From the NCBI GenBank assembly GCA_964057225.1, contig OZ059896.1, positions 1,488,001 through 1,552,000 on the forward strand: a stretch of 64,000 nucleotides of DNA, read 5' to 3'. The position numbers and the translations under genes are program-made. The notes below the pieces were generated by a model. It was given only the letters and a program-made list of their open reading frames with translations. It was not told the DNA's origin and ran no database searches. Below, piece by piece: positions 13,101-27,520 of this stretch. The DNA comes from Auanema rhodensis (taxonomy: Eukaryota; Animalia; Nematoda). The stretch's first letter is position 1. Each line of letters opens with the position of its first letter.

Positions 13101-16100
13101 GAAAAGTAGATGTTTTTAGATTCCTTTTTTCGAGGCAAAAACGAAGGACAATGTAATTCAACGAAAAAATTAATTCTTCAGGGTGAAAATCGAGGATATA
13201 GGTGTGAACTTATATCAGTTGATATCTCGGTGCATTTTCAAGCCAGCGCAAATCTGATAGTACAGATCGACGCAGCTTAAAAATCCGCATCGAATGCACT
13301 ATACTACATTGAGAAACGCTTAATACAAAATTTAGTTATGATCGTTTGAAAAATGATGCATTAGTGTATGTTGAGTTTCCATGTACACTCAACATTGCTT
13401 CCAAAAACATTTTGACAAAAATTTTTTCGAAAAATTTCAAAATAATTTAGCGAAAAGTAGATGTTTTTAGATTCCTTTTTTCAAGGCAAAAACGAAGGAC
13501 AATGTAATTCAACGAAAAAATCAATTCTTCAGGGTGAAAATCGAGGATATAAGTGTGAACTTATATCAGTTCATATCTCGGTGCATTTTCAAGCTAGCGC
13601 AAATCTGATAGTACAGATCGACGCAGCTTAAAAATCCGCATCGAATGCACTATACTACATTGAGAAACGCTCAATACAAAAATAAGTTATGATCGTTTGA
13701 AAAATGATGCATTAGTGTATGTTGAGTTTCCATGTACACTCAAAATTGCTTCCAAAAACATTTTGACGAAAATTTTTTCGAAAAATTTCAAAATAATTTA
13801 GCGAAAAGTAGATGTTTTTAGATTCCTTTTTTCAAGGCAAAAACGAAGGACAATGTAATTCAACGAAAAAATTAATTCTTCAGGGTGAAAATCGAGGATA
13901 TAGGTGTGAACTTATATCAGTTGATATCTCGGTGCATTTTCAAGCCAGCGCAAATCTGATAGTACAGATCGACGCAGCTTAAAAATCCGCATCGAATGCA
14001 CTATACTACATTGAGAAACGCTTAATACAAAAATTAGTTATGATCGTTTGAAAAATGATGCATTAGTGTATGTTGAGTTTCCATGTACACTCCAAATTGC
14101 TTCCAAAAACATTTTGACAAAAATTTTTTCGAAAAATTTCAAAATAATTTAGCGAAAAGTAGATGTTTTTAGATTCCTTTTTTCGAGGCAAAAACGATGG
14201 ACAATGTTATTCAACGAAAAAATTAATTCTTCAGGGTGAAAATCGAGGATATAAGTGTGAACTTATATCAGTTGATATCTCGGTGCATTTTTAAGCTAGC
14301 GGAAATTTGATAACACAGATCGACGCAGCTTAAAAATCCGCATCGAATGCACTATACTACATTGAGAAACGCTTAATACAAAAATTAGTTATGATCGTTT
14401 GAAAAATGATGCATTAGTGTATGTTGAGTTTCCATGTACACTCAACATTGCTTCCAAAAACATTTTGACAAAAATTTTTTCGAAAAATTTCAAAATAATT
14501 TAGCGAAAAGTAGATGTTTTTAGATTCCTTTTTTCGAGGCGAAAACGATGGACAATGTTATTCAACGAAAAAATTAATTCTTCAGGGTGAAAATCGAGGA
14601 TATAAGTGTGAACTTATATCAGTTGATATCTCGGTGCATTTTCAAGCTAGCGCAAATCTGATAGTACAGATCGACGCAGCTTAAAAATCCGCATCGAATG
14701 CACTATACTACATTGAGAAACGCTTAATACAAAAATTAGTTATGATCGTTTGAAAAATGATGCATTAGTGTATGTTGAGTTTCCATGTACACTCAAAATT
14801 GCTTCCAAAAACATTTTGACAAAAATTTTTTCAAAAAATTTCAAAATAATTTAGCGAAAAGTAGATGTTTTTAGATTCCTTTTTTCAAGGCAAAAACGAT
14901 GGACAATGTTATTCAACGAAAAAATTAATTCTTCAGGGTGAAAATCGAGGATATAGGTGTGAACTTATATCAGTTGATATCTCGGTGCATTTTCAAGCTA
15001 GCGCAAATCTGATAGTACAGATCGACGCAGCTTAAAAATCCGCATCGAATGCACTATACTACATTGAGAAACGCTTAATACAAAATTTAGTTATGATCGT
15101 TTGAAAAATGATGCATTAGTGTATGTTGAGTTTCCATGTACACTCAACATTGCTTCCAAAAACATTTTGACAAAAATTTTTTCGAAAAATTTCAAAATAA
15201 TTTAGCGAAAAGTAGATGTTTTTAGATTCCTTTTTTCAAGGCAAAAACGAAGGACAATGTAATTCAACGAAAAAATTAATTCTGCAGGGTGAAAATCGAG
15301 GATATAAGTGTGAACTTATATCAGTTCATATCTCGGTGCATTTTCAAGCTAGCGCAAATCTGATAGTACAGATCGACGCAGCTTAAAAATCCGCATCGAA
15401 TGCACTATACTACATTGAGAAACGCTTAATACAAAAATTAGTTATGATCGTTTGAAAAATGATTCATTAGTGTATGTTGAGTTTCCATGTACACTCAAAA
15501 TTGCTTCCAAAAACATTTTGACAAAAATTTTTTCGAAAAATTTCAAAATAATTTAGCGAAAAGTAAATGTTTTTAGATTCCTTTTTTCGAGGCGAAAACG
15601 ATGGACAATGTTATTCAACGAAAAAATTAATTCTTCAGGGTGAAAATCAAGGATATAAGTGTGAACTTATATCAGTTGATATCTCGGTGCATTTTCAAGC
15701 TAGCGCAAATCTGATAGTACAGATCGACGCAGCTTAAAAATCCGCATCGAATGCACTATACTACATTGAGAAACGCTTAATACAAAAATTAGTTATGATC
15801 GTTTGAAAAATGATGCATTAGTGTATGTTGAGTTTCCATGTACACTCAAAATTGCTTCCAAAAACATTTTGACAAAAATTTTTTCAAAAAATTTCAAAAT
15901 AATTTAGCGAAAAGTAGATGTTTTTAGATTCCTTTTTTCAAGGCAAAAACGATGGACAATGTTATTCAACGAAAAAATTAATTCTTCAGGGTGAAAATCG
16001 AGGATATAGGTGTGAACTTATATCAGTTGATATCTCGGTGCATTTTCAAGCTAGCGCAAATCTGATAGTACAGATCGACGCAGCTTAAAAATCCGCATCG

Positions 16101-19100
16101 AATGCACTATACTACATTGAGAAACGCTTAATACAAAATTTAGTTATGATCGTTTGAAAAATGATGCATTAGTGTATGTTGAGTTTCCATGTACACTCAA
16201 CATTGCTTCCAAAAACATTTTGACAAAAATTTTTTCGAAAAATTTCAAAATAATTTAGCGAAAAGTAGATGTTTTTAGATTCCTTTTTTCAAGGCAAAAA
16301 CGAAGGACAATGTAATTCAACGAAAAAATTAATTCTTCAGGGTGAAAATCGAGGATATAAGTGTGAACTTATATCAGTTCATATCTCGGTGCATTTTCAA
16401 GCTAGCGCAAATCTGATAGTACAGATCGACGCAGCTTAAAAATCCGCATCGAATGCACTATACTAAATTGAGAAACGCTTAATACAAAATTTAGTTATGA
16501 TCGTTTGAAAAATGATGCATTAGTGTATGTTGAGTTTCCATGTACACTCAACATTGCTTCCAAAAACATTTTGACAAAACTTTTTTCGAAAAATTTCAAA
16601 ATAATTTAGCGAAAAGTAGATGTTTTTAGATTCCTTTTTTCAAGGCAAAAACGAAGGACAATGTAATTCAACGAAAAAATTAATTCTTCAGGGTGAAAAT
16701 CGAGGATATAAGTGTGAACTTATATCAGTTCATATCTCGGTGCATTTTCAAGCTAGCGCAAATCTGATAGTACAGATCGACGCAGCTTAAAAATCCGCAT
16801 CGAATGCACTATACTAAATTGAGAAACGCTTAATACAAAAATTAGTTATGATCGTTTGAAAAATGATGCATTAGTGTATGTTGAGTTTCCATGTACACTC
16901 AACATTGCTTCCAAAAACATTTTGACAAAAATTTTTTCGAAAAATTTCAAAATAATTTAGCAAAAAGTAGATGTTTTTAGATTCCTTTTTTCGAGGCAAA
17001 AACGATGGACAATGTTATTCAACGAAAAAATTAATTCTTCGGGGTGAAAATCGAGGATATAAGTGTGAACTTATATCAGTTGATATCTCGGTGCATTTTC
17101 AAGCTAGCGCAAATCTGATAGTACAGATCGACGCAGCTTAAAAATCCGCATCGAATGCACTATACTACATTGAGAAACGCTTAATACAAAAATTAGTTAT
17201 GATCGTTTGAAAAATGATGCATTAGTGTATGTTGAGTTTCCATGTACACTCAACATTGCTTCCAAAAACATTTTGACAAAAATTTTTTCGAAAATTTCAA
17301 AATAATTTAGCAAAAAGTAGATGTTTTTAGATTCCTTTTTTCAAGGCAAAAACGATGGACAATGTTATTCAACGAAAAAATTAATTCTTCAGGGTGAAAA
17401 TCGAGGATATAGGTGTGAACTTATATCAGTTGATATCTCGGTGCATTTTCAAGCCAGCGCAAATCTGATAGTACAGATCGACGCAGCTTAAAAATCCGCA
17501 TCGAATGCACTATACTACATTAAGAAACGCTTAATACAAAAATTAGTTATGATCGTTTGAAAAATGATGCATTAGTGTATGTTGAGTTTCTATGTACACT
17601 CCAAATTGCTTCCAAAAACATTTTGACAAAAATTTTTTCGAAAAATTTCAAAATAATTTAGCGAAAAGTAGATGTTTTTAGATTCCTTTTTTTGAGGCAA
17701 AAACGATGGACAATGTTATTCAACGAAAAAATTAATTCTTCAGGGTGAAAATCGAGGATATAAGTGTGAACTTATATCAGTTGATATCTCGGTGCATTTT
17801 TAAGCTAGCGGAAATTTGATAGTACAGATCGACGCAGCTTAAAAATCCGCATCGAATGCACTATACCACATTGAGAAACGCTTAATACAAAAATTAGTTA
17901 TGATCGTTTGAAAAATGATGCATTAGTGTATGTTGAGTTTCCATGTACACTCAAAATTGCTTCCAAAAACATTTTGACAAAAATTTTTTCGAAAAATTTC
18001 AAAATAATTTAGCGAAAAGTAGATGTTTTTAGATTCCTTTTTTCAAGGCAAAAACGATGGACAATGTTATTCAACAAAAAAATTAATTCTTCAGGGTGAA
18101 AATCGAGGATATAGGTGTGAACTTATATCAGTTGATATCTCGGTGCATTTTTAAGCTAGCGCAAATCTGATAGTACAGATCGACGCAGCTTAATAATCCG
18201 CATCGAATGCACTATACTACATTGAGAAACGCTTAATACAAAAATTAGTTATGATCTTTTGAAAAATGATGCATTAGTGTATGTTGAGTTTCCATGTACA
18301 CTCAAAATTGCTTCCAAAAACATTTTGACAAAAATTTTTTCGAAAAATTTCAAAATAATTTAGCAAAAAGTAGATGTTTTTAGATTCCTTTTTTCAAGGC
18401 AAAAACGATGGACAATGTTATTCAACGAAAAAATTAATTCTTCAGGGTGAAAATCGAGGATATAGGTGTGAACTTATATCAGTTGATATCTCGGTGCATT
18501 TTCAAGCTAGCGCAAATCTGATAGTACAGATCGACGCAGCTTAAAAATCCGCATCGAATGCACTATACTACATTGAGAAACGCTCAATACAAAAATAAGT
18601 TATGATCGTTTGAAAAATGATGCATTAGTGTATGTTGAGTTTCCATGTACACTCAAAATTGCTTCCAAAAACATTTTGACAAAAATTTTTTCGAAAAATT
18701 TCAAAATAATTTAGCGAAAAGTAGATGTTTTTAGATTCCTTTTTTCAAGGCAAAAACGAAGGACAATGTAATTCAACGAAAAAATTAATTCTTCAGGGTG
18801 AAAATCGAGGATATAGGTGTGAACTTATATCAGTTGATATCTCGGTGCATTTTCAAGCCAGCGCAAATCTGATAGTACAGATCGACGCAGCTTAAAAATC
18901 CGCATCGAATGCATTATACTACATTGAGAAACGCTTAATACAAAAATTAGTTATGATCGTTTGAAAAATGATGCATTAGTGTATGTTGAGTTTCCATGTA
19001 CACTCCAAATTGCTTCCAAAAACATTTTGACAAAAATTTTTTCGAAAAATTTCAAAATAATTTAGCGAAAAGTAGATGTTTTTAGATTCCTTTTTTCGAG

Positions 19101-19770
19101 GCAAAAACGATGGACAATGTTATTCAACGAAAAAATTAATTCTCCAGGGTGAAAATCGAGGATATAAGTGTGAACTTATATCAGTTGATTTCTCGGTGCA
19201 TTTTTAAGCTAGCGGAAATTTGATAACACAGATCGACGCAGCTTAAAAATCCGCATCGAATGCACTATACTACATTGAGAAACGCTTAATACAAAAATTA
19301 GTTATGATCGTTTGAAAAATGATGCATTAGTGTATGTTGAGTTTCCATGTACACTCAACATTGCTTCCAAAAACATTTTGACAAAAATTTTTTCGAAAAA
19401 TTTCAAAATAATTTAGCGAAAAGTAGATGTTTTTAGATTCCTTTTTTCGAGGCGAAAACGATGTACAATAATATTCAACGAAAAAATTAATTCTTCAGGG
19501 TGAAAATCGAGGATATAAGTGTGAACTTATATCAGTTGATATCTCGGTGCATTTTCAAGCTAGCGCAAATCTGATAGTACAGATCGACGCAGCTTAAAAA
19601 TCCGCATCGAATGCACTATACTACATTGAGAAACGCTTAATACAAAAATTAGTTATGATCGTTTGAAAAATGATGCATTAGTGTATGTTGAGTTTCCATG
19701 TACACTCAAAATTGCTTCCAAAAACATTTTGACAAAAATTTTTTCAAAAAATTTCAAAATAATTTAGCGA
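9127..19770 (+). repeat. Duplicated block of about 9 monomers at a 21-monomer (7370-bp) offset (about 9127-12400 and 16497-19770)
   Basis: Rare variants recur exactly 7370 bp apart: TAAGAAACG (10151/17521), TTTCTATG, ATACCACA, TAATAATCC, ATGATCTTTT (10881/18251), TCTCCAGG, GATTTCTC, ACAATAATA. Confidence 0.9.
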
Positions 19771-22700
19771 AAAGTAGATGTTTTTAGATTCCTTTTTTCA
19801 AGGCAAAAACGAAGGACAATGTAATTCAACGAAAAAATCAATTCTTCAGGGTGAAAATCGAGGATATAAGTGTGAACTTATATCAGTTCATATCTCGGTG
19901 CATTTTCAAGCTAGCGCAAATCTGATAGTACAGATCGACGCAGCTTAAAAATCCGCATCGAATGCACTATACTACATTGAGAAACGCTCAATACAAAAAT
20001 AAGTTATGATCGTTTGAAAAATGATGCATTAGTGTATGTCGAGTTTCCATGTACACTCAAAATTGCTTCCAAAAACATTTTGACAAAAATTTTTTCGAAA
20101 AATTTCAAAATAATTTAGCAAAAAGTAGATGTTTTTAGATTCCTTTTTTCGAGGCAAAAACGAAGGACAATGTAATTCAACGAAAAAATTAATTCTTCAG
20201 GGTGAAAATCGAGGATATAGGTGTGAACTTATATCAGTTGATATCTCGGTGCATTTTCAAGCCAGCGCAAATCTGATAGTACAGATCGACGCAGCTTAAA
20301 AATCCGCATCGAATGCATTATACTACATTGAGAAACGCTTAATACAAAAATTAGTTATGATCGTTTGAAAAATGATGCATTAGTGTATGTTGAGTTTCCA
20401 TGTACACTCCAAATTGCTTCCAAAAACATTTTGACAAAAATTTTTTCGAAAAATTTCAAAATAATTTAGCGAAAAGTAGATGTTTTTAGATTCCTTTTTT
20501 CGAGGCAAAAACGATGGACAATGTTATTCAACGAAAAAATTAATTCTCCAGGGTGAAAATCGAGGATATAAGTGTGAACTTATATCAGTTGATTTCTCGG
20601 TGCATTTTTAAGCTAGCGGAAATTTGATAACACAGATCGACGCAGCTTAAAAATCCGCATCGAATGCACTATACTACATTGAGAAACGCTTAATACAAAA
20701 ATTAGTTATGATCGTTTGAAAAATGATGCATTAGTGTATGTTGAGTTTCCATGTACACTCAACATTGCTTCCAAAAACATTTTGACAAAAATTTTTTCGA
20801 AAAATTTCAAAATAATTTAGCGAAAAGTAGATGTTTTTAGATTCCTTTTTTCGAGGCGAAAACGATGGACAATAATATTCAACGAAAAAATTAATTCTTC
20901 AGGGTGAAAATCGAGGATATAAGTGTGAACTTATATCAGTTGATATCTCGGTGCATTTTCAAGCTAGCGCAAATCTGATAGTACAGATCGACGCAGCTTA
21001 AAAATCCGCATCGAATGCACTATACTACATTGAGAAACGCCTAATACAAAAATTAGTTATGATCGTTTGAAAAATGATGCATTAGTGTATGTTGAGTTTC
21101 CATGTACACTCAAAATTGCTTCCAAAAACATTTTGACAAAAATTTTTTCAAAAAATTTCAAAATAATTTAGCGAAAAGTAGATGTTTTTAGATTCCTTTT
21201 TTCAAGGCAAAAACGATGGACAATGTTATTCAACGAAAAAATTAATTCTTCAGGGTGAAAATCGAGGATATAGGTGTGAACTTATATCAGTTGATATCTC
21301 GGTGCATTTTCAAGCTAGCGCAAATCTGATAGTACAGATCGACGCAGCTTAAAAATCCGCATCGAATGCACTATACTACATTGAGAAACGCTTAATACAA
21401 AATTTAGTTATGATCGTTTGAAAAATGATGCATTAGTGTATGTTGAGTTTCCATGTACACTCAACATTGCTTCCAAAAACATTTTGACAAAAATTTTTTC
21501 GAAAAATTTCAAAATAATTTAGCGAAAAGTAGATGTTTTTAGATTCCTTTTTTCAAGGCAAAAACGAAGGACAATGTAATTCAACGAAAAAATCAATTCT
21601 TCAGGGTGAAAATCGAGGATATAAGTGTGAACTTATATCAGTTCATATCTCGGTGCATTTTCAAGCTAGCGCAAATCTGATAGTACAGATCGACGCAGCT
21701 TAAAAATCCGCATCGAATGCACTATACTACATTGAGAAACGCTCAATACAAAAATAAGTTATGATCGTTTGAAAAATGATGCATTAGTGTATGTTGAGTT
21801 TCCATGTACACTCAAAATTGCTTCCAAAAACATTTTGACAAAAATTTTTTCGAAAAATTTCAAAATAATTTAGCGAAAAGTAGATGTTTTTAGATTCCTT
21901 TTTTCAAGGCAAAAACGAAGGACAATGTAATTCAACGAAAAAATTAATTCTTCAGGGTGAAAATCGAGGATATAGGTGTGAACTTATATCAGTTGATATC
22001 TCGGTGCATTTTCAAGCCAGCGCAAATCTGATAGTACAGATCGACGCAGCTTAAAAATCCGCATCGAATGCACTATACTACATTGAGAAACGCTTAATAC
22101 AAAAATTAGTTATGATCGTTTGAAAAATGATGCATTAGTGTATGTTGAGTTTCCATGTACACTCCAAATTGCTTCCAAAAACATTTTGACAAAAATTTTT
22201 TCGAAAAATTTCAAAATAATTTAGCGAAAAGTAGATGTTTTTAGATTCCTTTTTTCGAGGCAAAAACGATGGACAATGTTATTCAACGAAAAAATTAATT
22301 CTTCAGGGTGAAAATCGAGGATATAAGTGTGAACTTATATCAGTTGATATCTCGGTGCATTTTTAAGCTAGCGGAAATTTGATAACACAGATCGACGCAG
22401 CTTAAAAATCCGCATCGAATGCACTATACTACATTGAGAAACGCTTAATACAAAAATTAGTTATGATCGTTTGAAAAATGATGCATTAGTGTATGTTGAG
22501 TTTCCATGTACACTCAACATTGCTTCCAAAAACATTTTGACAAAAATTTTTTCGAAAAATTTCAAAATAATTTAGCGAAAAGTAGATGTTTTTAGATTCC
22601 TTTTTTCGAGGCGAAAACGATGGACAATGTTATTCAACGAAAAAATTAATTCTTCAGGGTGAAAATCGAGGATATAAGTGTGAACTTATATCAGTTGATA

Positions 22701-25700
22701 TCTCGGTGCATTTTCAAGCTAGCGCAAATCTGATAGTACAGATCGACGCAGCTTAAAAATCCGCATCGAATGCACTATACTACATTGAGAAACGCTTAAT
22801 ACAAAAATTAGTTATGATCGTTTGAAAAATGATGCATTAGTGTATGTTGAGTTTCCATGTACACTCAAAATTGCTTCCAAAAACATTTTGACAAAAATTT
22901 TTTCAAAAAATTTCAAAATAATTTAGCGAAAAGTAGATGTTTTTAGATTCCTTTTTTCAAGGCAAAAACGATGGACAATGTTATTCAACGAAAAAATTAA
23001 TTCTTCAGGGTGAAAATCGAGGATATAGGTGTGAACTTATATCAGTTGATATCTCGGTGCATTTTCAAGCTAGCGCAAATCTGATAGTACAGATCGACGC
23101 AGCTTAAAAATCCGCATCGAATGCACTATACTACATTGAGAAACGCTTAATACAAAATTTAGTTATGATCGTTTGAAAAATGATGCATTAGTGTATGTTG
23201 AGTTTCCATGTACACTCAACATTGCTTCCAAAAACATTTTGACAAAAATTTTTTCGAAAAATTTCAAAATAATTTAGCGAAAAGTAGATGTTTTTAGATT
23301 CCTTTTTTCAAGGCAAAAACGAAGGACAATGTAATTCAACGAAAAAATTAATTCTGCAGGGTGAAAATCGAGGATATAAGTGTGAACTTATATCAGTTCA
23401 TATCTCGGTGCATTTTCAAGCTAGCGCAAATCTGATAGTACAGATCGACGCAGCTTAAAAATCCGCATCGAATGCACTATACTACATTGAGAAACGCTTA
23501 ATACAAAAATTAGTTATGATCGTTTGAAAAATGATGCATTAGTGTATGTTGAGTTTCCATGTACACTCAAAATTGCTTCCAAAAACATTTTGACAAAAAT
23601 TTTTTCGAAAAATTTCAAAATAATTTAGCGAAAAGTAAATGTTTTTAGATTCCTTTTTTCGAGGCGAAAACGATGGACAATGTTATTCAACGAAAAAATT
23701 AATTCTTCAGGGTGAAAATCGAGGATATAAGTGTGAACTTATATCAGTTGATATCTCGGTGCATTTTCAAGCTAGCGCAAATCTGATAGTACAGATCGAC
23801 GCAGCTTAAAAATCCGCATCGAATGCACTATACTACATTGAGAAACGCTTAATACAAAATTTAGTTATGATCGTTTGAAAAATGATGCATTAGTGTATGT
23901 TGAGTTTCCATGTACACTCAAAATTGCTTCCAAAAACATTTTGACAAAAATTTTTTCGAAAAATTTCAAAATAATTTAGCGAAAAGTAGATGTTTTTAGA
24001 TTCCTTTTTTTGAGGCAAAAACGAAGGACAATGTAATTCAACGAAAAAATTAATTCTTCAGGGTGAAAATCGAGGATATAAGTGTGAACTTATATCAGTT
24101 GATATCTCGGTGCATTTTTAAGCTAGCGCAAATCTGATAGTACAGATCGACGCAGCTTAAAAATCCGCATCGAATGCACTATACTACATTGAGAAACGCT
24201 TAATACAAAATTTAGTTATGATCGTTTGAAAAATGATGCATTAGTGTATGTTGAGTTTCCATGTACACTCAACATTGCTTCCAAAAACATTTTGACAAAA
24301 ATTTTTTCGAAAAATTTCAAAATAATTTAGCGAAAAGTAGATGTTTTTAGATTCCTTTTTTCAAGGCAAAAACGAAGGACAATGTAATTCAACGAAAAAA
24401 TTAATTCTTCAGGGTGAAAATCGAGGATATAAGTGTGAACTTATATCAGTTCATATCTCGGTGCATTTTCAAGCTAGCGCAAATCTGATAGTACAGATCG
24501 ACGCAGCTTAAAAATCCGCATCGAATGCACTATACTAAATTGAGAAACGCTTAATACAAAAATTAGTTATGATCGTTTGAAAAATGATGCATTAGTGTAT
24601 GTTGAGTTTCCATGTACACTCAACATTGCTTCCAAAAACATTTTGACAAAAATTTTTTCGAAAATTTCAAAATAATTTAGCGAAAAGTAGATGTTTTTAG
24701 ATTCCTTTTTTCGAGGCAAAAACGATGGACAATGTTATTCAACGAAAAAATTGATTCTTCAGGGTGAAAATCGAAAATATAAGTGTGAACTTATATCAGT
24801 TGATATCTCGGTGCATTTTTCAGCTAGCGCAAATCTGATAACACAGATCGACGCAGCTTAAAAATCCGCATCGAATGCACTATACTACATTGAGAAACGC
24901 TTAATACCAAAATTAGTTATGATCGTTTGAAAAATGATGCATTAGTGTATGTTGAGTTTCCATGTACACTCAAAATTGCTTCCAAAAACATTTTGACAAA
25001 AATTTTTTCGAAAAATTTCAAAATAATTTAGCGAAAAGTAGATGTTTTCAGATTCCTTTTTTTGAGGCAAAAACGATGGACAATGTTATTCAACGAAAAA
25101 ATTAATTCTTCAGGGTGAAAATCGAGGATATAAGTGTGAACTTATATCAGTTCATATCTCGGTGCATTTTCAAGCTAGCGCAAATCTGATAGTACAGATC
25201 GACGCAGCTTAAAAATCCGCATCGAATGCACTATACTACATTGAGAAACGCTTAATACAAAAATTAGTTATGATCGTTTGAAAAATGATGCATTAGTGTA
25301 TGTTGAGTTTCCATGTACACTCAAAATTGCTTCCAAAAACATTTTGACAAAAATTTTTTCGAAAAATTTTAAAATAATTTAGCGAAAAGTAGATGTTTTC
25401 AGATTCCTTTTTTTGAGGCAAAAACGATGGACAATGTTATTCAACGAAAAAATTAATTCTTCAGGGTGAAAATCGAGGATATAAGTGTGAACTTATATCA
25501 GTTGATATCTCGGTGCATTTTCAAGCTAGCGGAAATCTGATAACACAGATCGACGCAGCTTAAAATTCCGCATCGATTGCATTATACTACAATGAGAAAA
25601 GCTTAATAAAAAAATTAGTTATGATCGTTTGAAAAATGATGCATTCGTGTATGTTGAGTTTCCATGTACACTCAAAATTGCTTCCAAAAACATTTTGACA

Positions 25701-27504
25701 AAGTTTTTTTCGAAAAATTTCAAAATAATTTAGCAAAAAGTAGATGTTTTTAGATTCCTTTTTTCAAAGCAAAAACGATGGACAATGTTATTCAACGAAA
25801 AAATTAATTCTTCAGGGTGAAAATCGAGGATATAAGTGTGAACTTATATCAGTTGATATCTCGGTGCATTTTCAAGCTAGCGCAAATCTGATAACACAGA
25901 TCTACACAGCTTAAAAATGCGCATTGAATGCACTATATTACATTGTGAAAAGCTTAATACAAAAATTAGTTATGATCGTTTGAAAAATGATGCATTAGTG
26001 TATGTTGAGTTTCCATGTACACTCAAAATTGCTTCCAAAAACATTTTGACAAAAATTTTTTCGAAAAATTTCAAAATAATTTAGCAAAAAGTAGATGTTT
26101 TTAGATTCCTTTTTTCAAGGCAAAAACGATGGACAATGTTATTCAACGAAAAAATTAATTCTTCAGGGTGAAAATCGAGGATATAAGTGTGAACTTGTAT
26201 CAGTTGATATCTCGGTGAATTTTTAAGCTAGCGCAAATCTGATAACACAGATCTACACAGCTTAAAAATGCGCATCGGATGCACTATACTACATTGAGAA
26301 AAGCTTAATACAAAAATAAGTTATGATCGTTTGAAAAATGATGCATTAGTGTATGTTGAGTTTCCATGTACACTCAAAATTGCTTCCAAAAACAATTTGA
26401 CAAAAATTGTTTCGAAAAATTTCAAAATAATTTAGCAAAAAGTAGATGTTTTTAGATTCCTTTTTTCAAGGCAAAAACGATGGACAATGTAATTCAACGA
26501 AAAAATTAATTCTTCAGGGTGAAAATCGAGGATATAAGTGTGAACTTATATCAGTTGATATCTCGGTGCATTTTCAAGCTAGCGCAAATCTGATAACACA
26601 GATCTACACAGCTTGAAAATGCGCATTGAATGCACTATACTACATTGAGAAAAGCTTAATACAAAAATTAGTTATGATCGTTTGAAAAATGATGCATTAG
26701 TGTATGTTGAGTTTCCATGTACACTCAAAATTACTTCCAAAAACACTTTGACAAAAAATTTTCGTAAAATTTCAAAATAATTTAGCAAAAAGTAGATGTT
26801 TTTAGATTCCTTTTTTCAAGGCAAAAACGATGGACAATGTAATTCAACGAAAAAATTAATTCTTCAGGGTGAAAATCGAGGATATAAGTGTGAACTTATA
26901 TCAGTTGATATCTCGGTGCATTTTCAAGCTAGCGCAAATCTGATAACACAGATCTACACAGCTTAAAAATGCGCATTGAATGCACTATACTACATTGTGA
27001 AAAGCTTAATACAAAAATTAGTTATGATCGTTTGAAAAATGATGCATTAGTGTATGTTGAGTTTCCATGTACACTCAAAATTGCTTCCAAAAACATTTTG
27101 ACAAAAATTTTTTCGAAAAATTTCAAAATAATTTAGCAAAAAGTAGATGTTTTTAGATTCCTTTTTTCAAAGCAAAAACGATGGACAATGTTATTCAACG
27201 AAAAAATTAATTCTTCAGGGTGAAAATCGAGGATATAAGTGTGAACTTATATCAGTTGATATCTCGGTGCATTTTCAAGCTAGCGCAAATCTGATAACAC
27301 AGATCGACGCAGCTTAAAATTCCGCATCGATTGCATTATACTACATTGAGAAAAGCTTAATAAAAAAAATTAGTTATGACCGTTTGAAAAATGATGCATT
27401 AGTGTATGTTGAGTTTCCATGTACACTCAAAAATGCTTCCAAAAACATTTTGACAAAATTTTTTTCGAAAAATTTCAAAATAATTTAGCAAAAAGTAGAT
27501 GTTT

Positions 27505-27520
27505 TTAGATTCTTCACGTA
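27505..27520. other. Direct junction between the 351-bp and 176-bp satellite arrays (breakpoint 27512/27513)
   Basis: ...GTTTTTAGATTC|TTCACGTAAATTTC... The 351 consensus would continue CTTTTTTC and the 176 consensus would be preceded by TTAAAG. There is no intervening sequence. Confidence 0.95.

Larger units (their letters stand above)
1..27512 (+). repeat. Tandem satellite array, 351-bp monomer (about 78.4 copies; runs off the left edge of the window)
   Basis: ATGATCGTTTGAAAAATGATGC recurs at 1, 352, 703, 1054, 1405 and onward with period 351. A few monomers are 350 or 352 bp from homopolymer indels (e.g. those starting at 2107, 7373, 9829, 17199, 24569). The last, partial monomer starts at 27376 and ends ...GTTTTTAGATTC at 27512. 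About 32% GC. All six reading frames contain stops within one monomer. Confidence 0.99.

Noticed and set aside
1-27512. Repeat-protein ORF, since 351 is divisible by 3 and the window starts with ATG
   Set aside because: The ATG is followed by TGA at codon 4, and all six frames have stops within the first 115 bp or so of the monomer.
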